From: an uncultured Gammaproteobacteria bacterium
Lineage (GTDB): Bacteria > Pseudomonadota > Gammaproteobacteria > JAURND01
Direction of reading: 5' to 3'
Length of the DNA: 64,000 bases
NCBI GenBank assembly: GCA_963714975.1
Contig: CAVQQD010000003.1
Location: 608,001 to 672,000 of the forward strand
Part shown: piece by piece, positions 11,167-20,114 of the stretch
Numbering within the stretch: the first letter of the stretch is position 1
Layout: each line of letters begins with the position of its first letter
Position numbers and translations under genes: made by a program
Notes under the pieces: generated by a model
Databases searched by the model: none
Seen by the model: only the letters and a program-made list of their open reading frames with translations
What the model was told of the DNA's origin: nothing

Positions 11167-12183
11167 ATGAAAATAACTACAAAAAACAAATATATTATCT
11201 TATGGTTTGAAAGATTTTTTTGCTGATTATTTACCTAGCTTACGTGGAATGAGTCCACATACAATACATAGTTATCGTGATTGTTTGGCATATTATTGAG
11301 ATATATTGCTACGCAAAAATAATGTCCCGTAACAAAAATAGATATAAAGAATTTTAATGCCAAAAAAATCATTGAATTTTTGCAAATGTTAGAGGATAAG
11401 CGTCAAAATAGTGCCAGCACCAGTAATATTAGATTATCTGCCATACATGTTTTTTTTCGATACCTTGCAGTAAAAATCCAGAAAAAATAGAACACTGTCA
11501 ACAAATTTTAGCTGTACCATTCAAGCGTACTAGTTCTCGCATTGTAGAATATTTAGAATATGAAGAAATTCAAGCTGTATTTTTCAGCAGTTGACCGGTC
11601 AAATGAAGATGGAAAACGTGATTACATTTTACTGGTTACTATGTTCAATACCGGTGCGAGAGTGCAAGAAATTCTTAATTTGCGATTGAATGATTTGCAG
11701 CTTGTTAAACCTTATCAAGTACGTTTAATTGGAAAAGGTCGCAAAGAAAGATTATGTCCTCTTTGGCCGCAAACAGCACAGTTATTGCAAGAATTAATCG
11801 CTACACGTAATAGTACACAGCCAGAAGAACATGTGTTTCTAAATCATCAAAAACAACCATTCACGCGTTTCGGTGTACGTTATTACTAACAAAATACTGT
11901 GATTTAGCCAGAAAAAGCACATTAACACTGTTAGGGAAAAGATTGCATCCACATAGTATGCGTCATAGCACTGCTATTCACCTTCTCAAATCCGGAGTAG
12001 ATATAGTCACTATTAGTCATTGGTTAGGTCATGCCGACATTAATACAACAAATCGCTAATGCAAGCGTTGATCTTGATATGAAGCGTGAAGCTATTAATA
12101 AGAGCGCTATAGATAAAAAAATTCAACACAAAGCAATTTGGCGTTCCGATGCTTCTATTTTAACGTGGTTAGAATCCTTATAG
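11167..12183 (+). pseudogene. RIT tyrosine recombinase C, frameshifted; catalytic Tyr codon is TAA
   Basis: RDYILLVTMFNTGARVQEI, GKGRKER, HPHSMRHSTAIHLLKSGVDI..WLGHADINTTNR*. Confidence 0.8.
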
Positions 12184-12630
12184 ATAATTATTAATGTGGA
12201 GTAATTTTTTAAATAGCCGTATAATTTATGGAGAATATGCTGTTACTCCACATTAATAAAGTCTCAACATTAATCCATGTATGTGGAGCTCCACATAAAT
12301 TGATGAATTAGGGTATTTAACGTTGACACCCGAACAAGTAAATATTTTTTTTAAATTAATCGATATGCGTTATCAAAAAAAATCCACTCTCATCACAACC
12401 AATTTAGATTATCCCCAATGGTATGACATCTTTAAAAATCCACAACTCGTCGATGCCATGCTGGATCGCTTTCAGCACCATTGCGTGACCCTGCGCATTG
12501 ATGGATCCAGCCTCAGAAAATCTGCCTAATCCACCGGCACCCTAGAGCAAGGTCTTCATCCAGGACCGCCGGGCTAGGCGTGCCCCACCCCTAGGCTTAA
12601 AGTTACCCCGCCAAATAATACGAGAGGTCT

Positions 12631-12676
12631 CCGCCGAGTAAGCACGCCGCATTGCTGCGGCGTGCTTACTCGGCGG
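12631..12676. repeat. Perfect 21-bp-stem hairpin in the 3' non-coding region of the IS21 element
   Basis: ccgccgagtaagcacgccgca-ttgc-tgcggcgtgcttactcggcgg. Confidence 0.9.
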
Positions 12677-13113
12677 CCCACAAGGCGCAACAACTATTTT
12701 TTAATTAAATAGCTATTGTCATCTAAAATCATCTTTGGCAGTGACCTTGACTGGAGGGGCACTTCGAATGGCGGTGATGACGGGTTTTACAAGGAAATAA
12801 CTACTTATTCTTGCGCATTGAGTGGGTCAATTTTTATTAGCAGAAGTGGGTCAAAAATTTTTAGCGTCGAGGAAAATTTCCCCTGCAGTGGTAGCCGATA
12901 AACTTAAAAATCATGAGGTTGCGAAAACAGTGATGAGTAAGGTCCGGCGCAAACTGAACCAAAATGCTAGGGCAGGGGATATCCCTAGTATATCGATATA
13001 TGATAAGGAAGCCCCATCCAAAATCCCAATAATGAATAAAACGAAAAGAAGGAGCAGAACAAAATTTAGAACCACCTCATTAAAGAATCACATCAGTCAC
13101 TGCCTACTCTCAT

Positions 13114-13353
13114 TTATTGTGCTATCCGCTTAAATCGTGGAACGCTATTCCCTTCATAAGTAACATTTTCGGCAAACATTGCTTTGGGTCTAACCCAGAC
13201 TTGATTGCTTCCAAACGTGTCACATTCATACAATGCTTTATAAATAACCATTTCTTCATGGGTTTCTCTGTGACGTGCAACACCAATGACCTCATATAGT
13301 TTTCCAGTTTTATAATGCTGATATTTCCCACAGGAGATATCTTCTACAGTCAT
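13114..13353 (-). CDS. DUF1653-family protein
   Basis: GKYQHYKTGKLYEVIGVARH.ETHEEMVIYKALY...WVRPKAMF signature. Confidence 0.85.
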   Translation of the reverse strand: MTVEDISCGKYQHYKTGKLYEVIGVARHRETHEEMVIYKALYECDTFGSNQVWVRPKAMFAENVTYEGNSVPRFKRIAQ

Positions 13354-13542
13354 AGAAATCCCGAGCGTATTCAACTAACCATCTCTTCCACAGGTAAAGG
13401 AATGATCAGAATTTACTAAACAGGATGCACATACAGAAGGTTCTGTTCGGTAACCTGGGCCACTGGCCCACCGTAAGTTGTATTTGAATTGAGGATTGGA
13501 CGTTGGATATGGTGATGAGGCTGAAGAGTCAATAATCAAGTG

Positions 13543-13600
13543 TAATGCAACGTTATATATTGTAATTTCTTATTGCATTAAGCAACATTATATAGTATAC
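13543..13600 (+). promoter_or_regulatory. Probable TA promoter/operator
   Basis: Inverted taatgcaa...ttgcatta and direct gcaac(g/a)ttatata repeats upstream of the antitoxin gene. Confidence 0.5.
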
Positions 13601-13630
13601 TTTAGTTAAGTAAATTATTGGAGGTAGATT

Positions 13631-13855
13631 ATGGGAATTGCTGTTAATTTAGATAATGACTTAGTTAGTATTGCGCGTTCTTATTCTAGAGCAGAAAGCC
13701 GTTCCGTCCCTAAGCAGATCGAGCACTGGGCCAAAATAGGTCGTATTGCTGAAGAAAATCCAGACCTTAACTATGAGGCTGTTAAAGCAATTTTGTTGGG
13801 TCTCGAAGATGTGCGACTTGGTAACGTTCAAGAATATGATCCGGATGAATTATGA
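13631..13855 (+). CDS. ParD-like antitoxin
   Basis: AESRSVPKQIEHWAKIGRIAEENPDL family motif; ATGA overlap with the toxin. Confidence 0.85.
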   Translation: MGIAVNLDNDLVSIARSYSRAESRSVPKQIEHWAKIGRIAEENPDLNYEAVKAILLGLEDVRLGNVQEYDPDEL

Positions 13856-14142
13856 AGGTTTTACGAACCAATACTTTCTTACGTGCAGCGAAAAAGCTGC
13901 ATCGTAATCAATTGGTTGCGCTTAAAGAAGCAATTGAGGAAATTGAGAACGACCCTTCTATTGGTGAATTAAAGAAGGGAGATTTAGCTGGGATTCGTGT
14001 TTATAAATTTCGTATTTTACAGCAATTAGTATTGCTTGCTTACCTTTATGAAGAAGAAACGGATGAATTAACCTTGGTCTCGTTTGCCCCTCACGAAAAT
14101 TTTTATAGCCTTCTAAAAAAACAAATAAAAAGCTCACTGTGA
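13852..14142 (+). CDS. RelE/ParE-family toxin
   Basis: DPSIGELKKGDLAGIRVYKF...HENFY motif. Confidence 0.85.
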   Translation: MKVLRTNTFLRAAKKLHRNQLVALKEAIEEIENDPSIGELKKGDLAGIRVYKFRILQQLVLLAYLYEEETDELTLVSFAPHENFYSLLKKQIKSSL

Positions 14143-14270
14143 CTAAATTACTATTCGCACCTAGGGTATCATTTATGGGAATTAAATGGTATAAGTCATG
14201 ATTTTTGCACAACAAAAAAATATCATTGTTGAATTGTGATTTTTTCCATTGGATAATTCCATCCCAGTTG

Positions 14271-14372
14271 TTCCTCTTCGGATAACTTGGGTCTAGGTTG
14301 TCTGGAAGCTGCTTTTATCTGCTTTGTTAACTCGTTTTTAATTTCTGGTTTAACTTCTAAGGGATAAGCTAG
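14271..14372 (-). pseudogene. Remnant paralog of the phosphatase gene at 21480-22883
   Basis: 92/102 nt identical to 22320-22421 (YP.EVKPEIKNEL.KQIKAA.RQP.P.LSEEE). Confidence 0.8.
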
Positions 14373-14747
14373 TACTCCGTCAAAAAAGTTTTTGTGCATT
14401 GATTAGTCAGGTATGAGACAATCGCTACCTTTTAAAATTAAAAAGGTGGGTGTTGATTTGGCACAAACGGAATTCAAATTCGGCTCAGGAAAAAAGATTT
14501 ATTAGCAATCAAAGAATACGTGAAATATGAAGAGCCGTGTGTTATTCGGAGATGCAACATATTAAGTGCATTGAATTTAGGCTATAGAATTGCCGAGATT
14601 GCGGAATTGCTCCATGTCCATCGCAATACAGTGCGAAATATTGGTCTAATTTATAATGAATTGGGGTTGGATGCTGCATTATATGATGATGAAAGGTCAG
14701 GCCGACCAATCGATTTTGATGATAGAGATCGATCAAGAATTATTGCT
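14370..14747 (+). mobile_element. IS630-like left-end remnant (transposase HTH only)
   Basis: tagtactccgtcaa end; IAEIAELLHVHRNTVRNI...GLDAALYDDERSGRP HTH; no DDE domain or right end. Confidence 0.6.
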
Positions 14748-15386
14748 GTATTGGCAATACCCATACAAGAATGCTTTGATGCCATGATCGATTTAAAGGA
14801 GCAAAAAACTATTTTGTTGGGTGACTCTCCAGAAATTCCAAATAATCAGGATTACACCAAAGTTAGAGTGACGGTCTACGAAAAATTATTAACCGCGCAA
14901 AAGAATCTACCCAATCAACTTAGATTTTGTTTGTACGAAGGTTATCGCAGTTTGCAATTACAAGAGCAGCTCTTTAATCAACGCTATCACATTTTAGAAC
15001 AGGCTTATCCAGATTGGAAACATTCAGAAATTTTCCAAGAAACGATAAAATTAATTTCTCCAGTGATCAACTTGGATGGCTCAGTGAACATACCGCCACA
15101 TAATACAGGTGCAGCGATTGACATCTATTTGCTTGATGGACAAGGCGAGATCGTGGATATGGGAATTCGTGTTGCAGATTGGATGCAAGATAAGGATGGT
15201 TCGTTATCACTAACCGATTCTGTAAAAATTTCTGATACGGCAAAACAGTATCGATTGATCATGAGCGACGTGCTTAAACAGGTTGGTTTCGTGAATTATC
15301 CAGGAGAATATTGGCATTGGTCTTATGGCGACCGGTATTGGGCTTATCAATGTGGGAAGCCATTTGCTTTATATGGTGCGGTCTAA
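14520..15386 (+). CDS. Chimeric ORF: IS630 HTH fused to a VanX-like D-Ala-D-Ala dipeptidase (peptidase M15)
   Basis: LYEGYRS, PPHNTGAAIDI and EYWHWSYGDRYWA M15 motifs. Confidence 0.8.
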   Translation: MKYEEPCVIRRCNILSALNLGYRIAEIAELLHVHRNTVRNIGLIYNELGLDAALYDDERSGRPIDFDDRDRSRIIAVLAIPIQECFDAMIDLKEQKTILLGDSPEIPNNQDYTKVRVTVYEKLLTAQKNLPNQLRFCLYEGYRSLQLQEQLFNQRYHILEQAYPDWKHSEIFQETIKLISPVINLDGSVNIPPHNTGAAIDIYLLDGQGEIVDMGIRVADWMQDKDGSLSLTDSVKISDTAKQYRLIMSDVLKQVGFVNYPGEYWHWSYGDRYWAYQCGKPFALYGAV

Positions 15387-15852
15387 TGATTACTATTGAG
15401 CTCCTTAAGCATCACTCTGAAACAATTCCTCAGCTTGTGCAACTGTGGCATGAGGGTATTGGTAGAACGTGGTCACCCGATGTTTGCATTTCCAGGGTGG
15501 CTGATAAGTTGCATACTCATTTGAATGAATCCACTTTACCAATCACGTGGGTTGCACTGGATAATATGCAACCCGTTGGGATGGTATCTTTGCGCGATAA
15601 TGACGGTATAAGAACGGACTTAACGCCGTGGCTTGGATCACTGGTGGTTGATCCGAGATACAGAAAACAAGGCATTGGTCAGCGTCTCATCGAAGCTACT
15701 CAACTTAAAGCACGCGAACTGGGTTTTACACACTCTTCTTGCTAGCGTTCGACTCAAGCATTCCTGACTATTACCGCAAATTGGGTTGGGGTACCGTAGG
15801 TATGGATGAACTAGCCGGACACCCAGTAACCGTGATGGAGATTTGCTTATGA
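15386..15852 (+). pseudogene. GNAT N-acetyltransferase, frameshift near 15730
   Basis: PWLGSLVVDPRYRKQGIGQRL motif A; C-terminus (LLAFDSSIPDYYRKLGW) in a shifted frame. Confidence 0.75.
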
Positions 15853-16607
15853 CAACTTCTTCATTAAACACCTATCTTGATCTATGTGCCCAGGTTTATG
15901 ATTTAAGCAAGCCCACGCCGCCAGTAGATGCTTACGCTTTTTATCGTGGTTACGCCGTACAAGCAAATGGTGCAATCCTAGAACCCATGTGTGGTAGTGG
16001 GCGGTTTTTATTGCCGTTGTTGGAGGAAAATTTTGATATCCAAGGCTTTGATGCGAGTCAGCATATGTTGAACGCGTTATTTGCTAAAGCGTCATTAAAT
16101 AAGTTACAGCCGCGGGTTTGGTATAGTTTTATAGAAGATTGGCAAACATCTGCCAATTTTAAACTAATTTTTATGCCAAGCGGATCATTTTGTCTTTTAA
16201 CTGGCGAAAGTTCGATTCAACTAGCGCTAACGCATTGTTATGATCATTTAGCTGAAGAAGGTATTTTATTGATTGACGCGCTAACCCCAGCAGGTGACCC
16301 AAGTTCACTGGGCGTTTGGCAAGGGCAGTGTTATACGCGGCCAGATGGTAAAAACATTCTGCTTTCTAAACTTTCCTTATTAAATGAATCGATTTTAACA
16401 ACTGTTTGTAAGTATGAACTCATTGATGGCAACAGTATTGTCCATACAGAAATTGAGCAAATCCATGTGAGATTATATAGTCAAGTTCAAATGATGGACT
16501 TATTGCATCAAGCAGGTTTTACGCAGGTACGTGCAATAAAAGCATTTGTTAAACAATCAGCTCCTGACTCACAGGATGAATCTATTGTTTATGAATGCAG
16601 GAAATAG
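15849..16607 (+). CDS. Class I SAM-dependent methyltransferase
   Basis: ILEPMCGSGRFL, GFDASQHML. Confidence 0.85.
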   Translation: MTTSSLNTYLDLCAQVYDLSKPTPPVDAYAFYRGYAVQANGAILEPMCGSGRFLLPLLEENFDIQGFDASQHMLNALFAKASLNKLQPRVWYSFIEDWQTSANFKLIFMPSGSFCLLTGESSIQLALTHCYDHLAEEGILLIDALTPAGDPSSLGVWQGQCYTRPDGKNILLSKLSLLNESILTTVCKYELIDGNSIVHTEIEQIHVRLYSQVQMMDLLHQAGFTQVRAIKAFVKQSAPDSQDESIVYECRK

Positions 16608-16650
16608 CAGCAAGAATAGTCAAATAAACGATTGACGAAGAAATACACTA

Positions 16651-17118
16651 TTGAAGTTGATCATGATAGTTAGCTTTGTGGATAAAATTCCGGAAGATTT
16701 TGAAAAAAGAATGCGTGAAGATTTAGGTGAACACGAAACAAGCCATGGTATTGATGTTAATTTTAAGCGATTTGCGTTGTTGTTAACGAATAAAGCAGGA
16801 AAAATTATCGGTATCTTGAACGCATTTACTGCGTTTTCTGAAGTATACATTGACGATATGTGGGTAGATAAATTGCAGCGTGGAAAAGGGTACGGAAGTA
16901 AATTAATTCAAGCCTTAGAAGATCATTTTGAAGGAAAAGGATTTAATAATATGAATCTTGTAACGAGCGCTTTTCAAGCACCAGAATTTTACAAAAAATG
17001 CGGATTCACCGCTGAATTTGTCTGAGAAAATAAAGTCAACCAAAAATTGACTAAAACTTTTTTTGTAAAATATTTTAAAAACCAAATACAAATTCAAGGC
17101 GTAATCAAAGATAAATGA
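16651..17118 (+). pseudogene. GNAT acetyltransferase with internal TGA at 17023
   Basis: MWVDKLQRGKGYGSKL, QAPEFYKKCGF; frame continues ENKVNQKLTKTFFVKYF after the stop. Confidence 0.7.
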
Positions 17119-17137
17119 AAGATTGATTAATCAAAAA

Positions 17138-17824
17138 CTATTCGCTCATCGCATAAGCTACCGCATGAGTAGTTTGGAGAACAATAGGGTTAATAATTGG
17201 TAAACAAGAATTTTTTTCATCGAGCACCAGCGGACATTCCGTACATCCTAATACTACAGACTCGCAATCCGCATACTGACGTGTTAACGCTGAAAAATAA
17301 TTTCTATCTTCGATAGTAATCTGATTTTGCATCGCTGATTCAAGGGTTTTTTCTATCTTTTTGCGGTCATCTAGCTCTGGGATAATCACTTGTATACCGT
17401 TTTTCTCTAAAATAGCCGCAAAAAAACCATCTTCCATTGTGAATTGTGTTGCCAATAATAAGACTTTCTTTTGCTGTTGGCTCTTCAGATGTTCAGCCAC
17501 TAATTCGACAGCATGGAAAACTGGTGGCGTGTCGCCGAGCCCGCTTTTAATGATATCGTAGTATTTATGCAAACTATTACAACAGATCAATATGCAATCA
17601 GGTTTTAATGCTGCCAAAGCGCTGAATTCTTGTTTTAGCAGTTGAGCTATGATGTCATGACTTTTACCATAGTGAGACATAATATCATGATAATTGATGC
17701 TTTTTAACAAAATTTTTGCGCTATGATAGCCACCCATGCGCTCATTCACTAATATATTTAATAATTTGTAGTATTCAATGGTAGATGACCAGCTAGTTCC
17801 GCCTAACAAACCTATTGTTTTCAT
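17138..17824 (-). CDS. Aspartate/glutamate racemase family (YgeA/RacX-like)
   Basis: IGLLGGTSWSST, CNSLH and LGCTE catalytic motifs. Confidence 0.9.
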   Translation of the reverse strand: MKTIGLLGGTSWSSTIEYYKLLNILVNERMGGYHSAKILLKSINYHDIMSHYGKSHDIIAQLLKQEFSALAALKPDCILICCNSLHKYYDIIKSGLGDTPPVFHAVELVAEHLKSQQQKKVLLLATQFTMEDGFFAAILEKNGIQVIIPELDDRKKIEKTLESAMQNQITIEDRNYFSALTRQYADCESVVLGCTECPLVLDEKNSCLPIINPIVLQTTHAVAYAMSE

Positions 17825-18714
17825 ACTCGTAGTAATCCTCTAAAAAAATCAGTTAACTGCTTAAAATAAGCCACATGATGATGCAAATTATCCTCTAAAG
17901 CCCAAGCTTGCGCCAACACAGCTTGTACAAAACACCATTGTACGATACGCAGTCGTGAGTAACCCATGATATCGGCGAACCTCTCAACGCGAAGTTGTAT
18001 GAAAGCAACAGCTTCTGGGTGCTGCAACAACTCTGGTATGGGGTTACGTAAAAAGGCAGATACGTCAAAGATAGGTTCTCCGATAACACCCTTAGGATCA
18101 ATGACCAACCACTCATCACCATTTTGGAGTAAGTTTTCATGATGTAAATCACCGTGTAGTAATACTGGCATCGCTGCAGTCGCCAATAAATGATCACGAA
18201 GCTGTCGCGCCTGATGTAGATCATCGGGTGATATTTCCCATTCTTGATCCAATGCTAACAGCCAATCTTGAATCGTTAGGAAGGTGGCAGGCGGAATAGA
18301 GGCCTGATGCAAGCGTTGTATTGCTTCACAAACAATGGTTACCGCTGTTTCATCCCGTTTAGGAAAATACGTTTTCAATGAATTGCCTGGAATTGCCCTC
18401 GTTGTAATGAGCCATCCAGGTTCGTTCGCTAATACTTGAGCGGCGCCAAAACCATTGAATGCCTTGAGGGCTGAGGCTTCTTTTTTCAGACTATCCGCAT
18501 TGTAAGCTAACTTTAAAATTATGGGTTGCTGGCCTTGAAAACCAGCCAATACATAATGGTAACTTAAATTAGATAATGGTTTGAGAGCAGATAAATAGTG
18601 CTTTTCAGCAATAGCATGGATTTTTTCGGGTAAATGCCTTAGCCAGTAACTACCCTGCTTGCCGTAAAGACGTTGGATAGTATCTTCAAATGAATTCATG
18701 ATTGAGCTAACCAA
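17821..18714 (-). CDS. APH(6)-like aminoglycoside/hydroxyurea phosphotransferase
   Basis: LLHGDLHHENLL, IDPKG. Confidence 0.85.
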   Translation of the reverse strand: MVSSIMNSFEDTIQRLYGKQGSYWLRHLPEKIHAIAEKHYLSALKPLSNLSYHYVLAGFQGQQPIILKLAYNADSLKKEASALKAFNGFGAAQVLANEPGWLITTRAIPGNSLKTYFPKRDETAVTIVCEAIQRLHQASIPPATFLTIQDWLLALDQEWEISPDDLHQARQLRDHLLATAAMPVLLHGDLHHENLLQNGDEWLVIDPKGVIGEPIFDVSAFLRNPIPELLQHPEAVAFIQLRVERFADIMGYSRLRIVQWCFVQAVLAQAWALEDNLHHHVAYFKQLTDFFRGLLRV

Positions 18715-19649
18715 ATTCTTAATACATTAGCCAATTTACCCTGGCCCAATAGCTGCTTTATACTTGTAGCTTCAATGCTGGTCAGAAGCCGATAGACTGT
18801 CAACGCTCTGTGAACCGACCAACATTGCTGAATTAAGGACATCACTGCCAGCAGCTGGTTTTGTGGTGCGTGATCTAGCCAAGGTTGCAGCACCTGTAAT
18901 TGTAAATGCCGATAGACCTCTTCTGGTAGTGCGTGCTTTTCTTTAACTTGATTGAGCATATTTAACAATGAGAAAAAAGGATGAGTCACGGCAACTTCAC
19001 CTAAATCAACTAAGGTAATTTTTTGTGTTTTTGGATCAATCAGTAAGTTATTGTCGTGAAAATCATTGTGGCTAAAGGTATCAGGAATGGGATATTGTGA
19101 TAATTGTTCGCAAAGTGAAACTAGTTTAGGGGTAAGCGACGATAATTGCTTTATTTCTGCATCAGTTAGACCATCGGCAATTAATAAATCTTTTTGGTTG
19201 ATCAGTAGAGTATAGCAAGCTGGAAGGTTTGCGATTCTCCAATCAGATGCATCTAGATTTAGTAAACGATCTAAGTGAGCAATGCTTTTGCGTTGTACCG
19301 CGATATAATTGCGTATAGCAGTGAGCAGCAAGTTGGCGTTAAAACCTTGTTTAAAATACTCACGTAAGGTTATCCCAGCATCTTGCATTAAGAAACAGCA
19401 TAATTGGGGATTGTCGGCTATCACGAGAGGCACAGGCGCTCCACAGGTTTCTTGGAGCAAATGGATCACTTGAGGTTCTTTAGATAACCCAAGGGGAGCT
19501 TGCTTGAGGTATAGTGAACCTTGGTCGGTGTCAAAACGGTAAACAGACGACCATGGGGTTTGTAAAATAACTTTGGGTACAGGATTCTGCATCCGGTAGC
19601 CTAAATTTTGTAGGATAGTAAATGTCCATGAGATGCTAGTTAATGACAT
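18696..19649 (-). CDS. APH/choline-kinase-like phosphotransferase
   Basis: LYLKQ, HNDFHDNNLL, VDLGE. Confidence 0.8.
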   Translation of the reverse strand: MSLTSISWTFTILQNLGYRMQNPVPKVILQTPWSSVYRFDTDQGSLYLKQAPLGLSKEPQVIHLLQETCGAPVPLVIADNPQLCCFLMQDAGITLREYFKQGFNANLLLTAIRNYIAVQRKSIAHLDRLLNLDASDWRIANLPACYTLLINQKDLLIADGLTDAEIKQLSSLTPKLVSLCEQLSQYPIPDTFSHNDFHDNNLLIDPKTQKITLVDLGEVAVTHPFFSLLNMLNQVKEKHALPEEVYRHLQLQVLQPWLDHAPQNQLLAVMSLIQQCWSVHRALTVYRLLTSIEATSIKQLLGQGKLANVLRIWLAQS

Positions 19650-19923
19650 GTTTTAACTACCTTCATCTGCCTGGAATTGCGATTTATTGATCGGGGATAA
19701 TGGTGCGCCAAAACTGAGTGTACTCAAAGTGAGCGATATTAACCCAATGACAACCCTAGCTAAATTTTTCATAATGCCCCGTCAATTTCTGGTGGGGTGA
19801 GTATCACAGGCCAAAGGCCAACCAGTCCAGTCCATAGTAAGCTTATTCATCTTATCATATAATAATGGTGGGTTTTGTCCCGCCAATTTTTTGACACACA
19901 ACTATTCCTGAGAACATCAAGTC

Positions 19924-20112
19924 ATGCAGCCGATCCCACCTGACTTACCTACGCCCATTATAACGCCACGTTTAGCGAATCGTTTTGGTAGAAAGCCTGC
20001 TTTTTATACGGGGATTGTGATCGCCACCTTAGGTTCTTTGATCAGCATTGCTTCTGAACCACTGAGAAAGTCTTATCCTTTGACCCGTGGCCCTATGAGA
20101 ATCTTCCAGTAA
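19924..20112 (+). pseudogene. Mosaic of gene fragments (RimJ-type GNAT N-terminus plus MFS loop)
   Basis: DLPTPIITPRL abuts ANRFGRKPAFYTGIVIATLGSLISI. Confidence 0.5.
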
Positions 20113-20114
20113 TA

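Larger units (their letters stand above)
8722..12298 (+). mobile_element. RIT (recombinase-in-trio) element, decayed
   Basis: 30-bp IRs 8721-8750 / 12244-12273 (27/30); terminal palindrome tatgtggagctccacata (12280-12297); ATTGAT repeated at 8716-8721 and 12299-12304; three tandem tyrosine-recombinase remnants. Confidence 0.85.
8224..12529 (+). pseudogene. istB: IS21 helper ATPase IstB interrupted in Walker B by a RIT element
   Basis: Walker A GKPGVGKT; LLVID|ELGYL restored across the insert; C-terminal STLITTNL and AMLDRFQHH. Confidence 0.9.
3595..12872 (+). mobile_element. IS21-family element with two accessory genes, carrying nested IS1380-like and RIT insertions
   Basis: ~50-bp terminal IRs cctcgacgctaaaaatttttgacccacttctgctaat..aaaattgacccac (3595-3645 / 12822-12872), each with two TGACCCAC units; AAAAT direct repeat at 3590-3594 and 12873-12877; istA and istB inside. 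Confidence 0.9.

Noticed and set aside
12716-13133. ORFs 12716-12901 and 12822-13133
   Set aside because: They cross the IS21 right inverted repeat and have no recognisable motifs
17023-17025. TGA recoding (Sec/Trp, alternative code)
   Set aside because: TGA ends many conserved genes normally in this window; a CGA>TGA nonsense change is simpler
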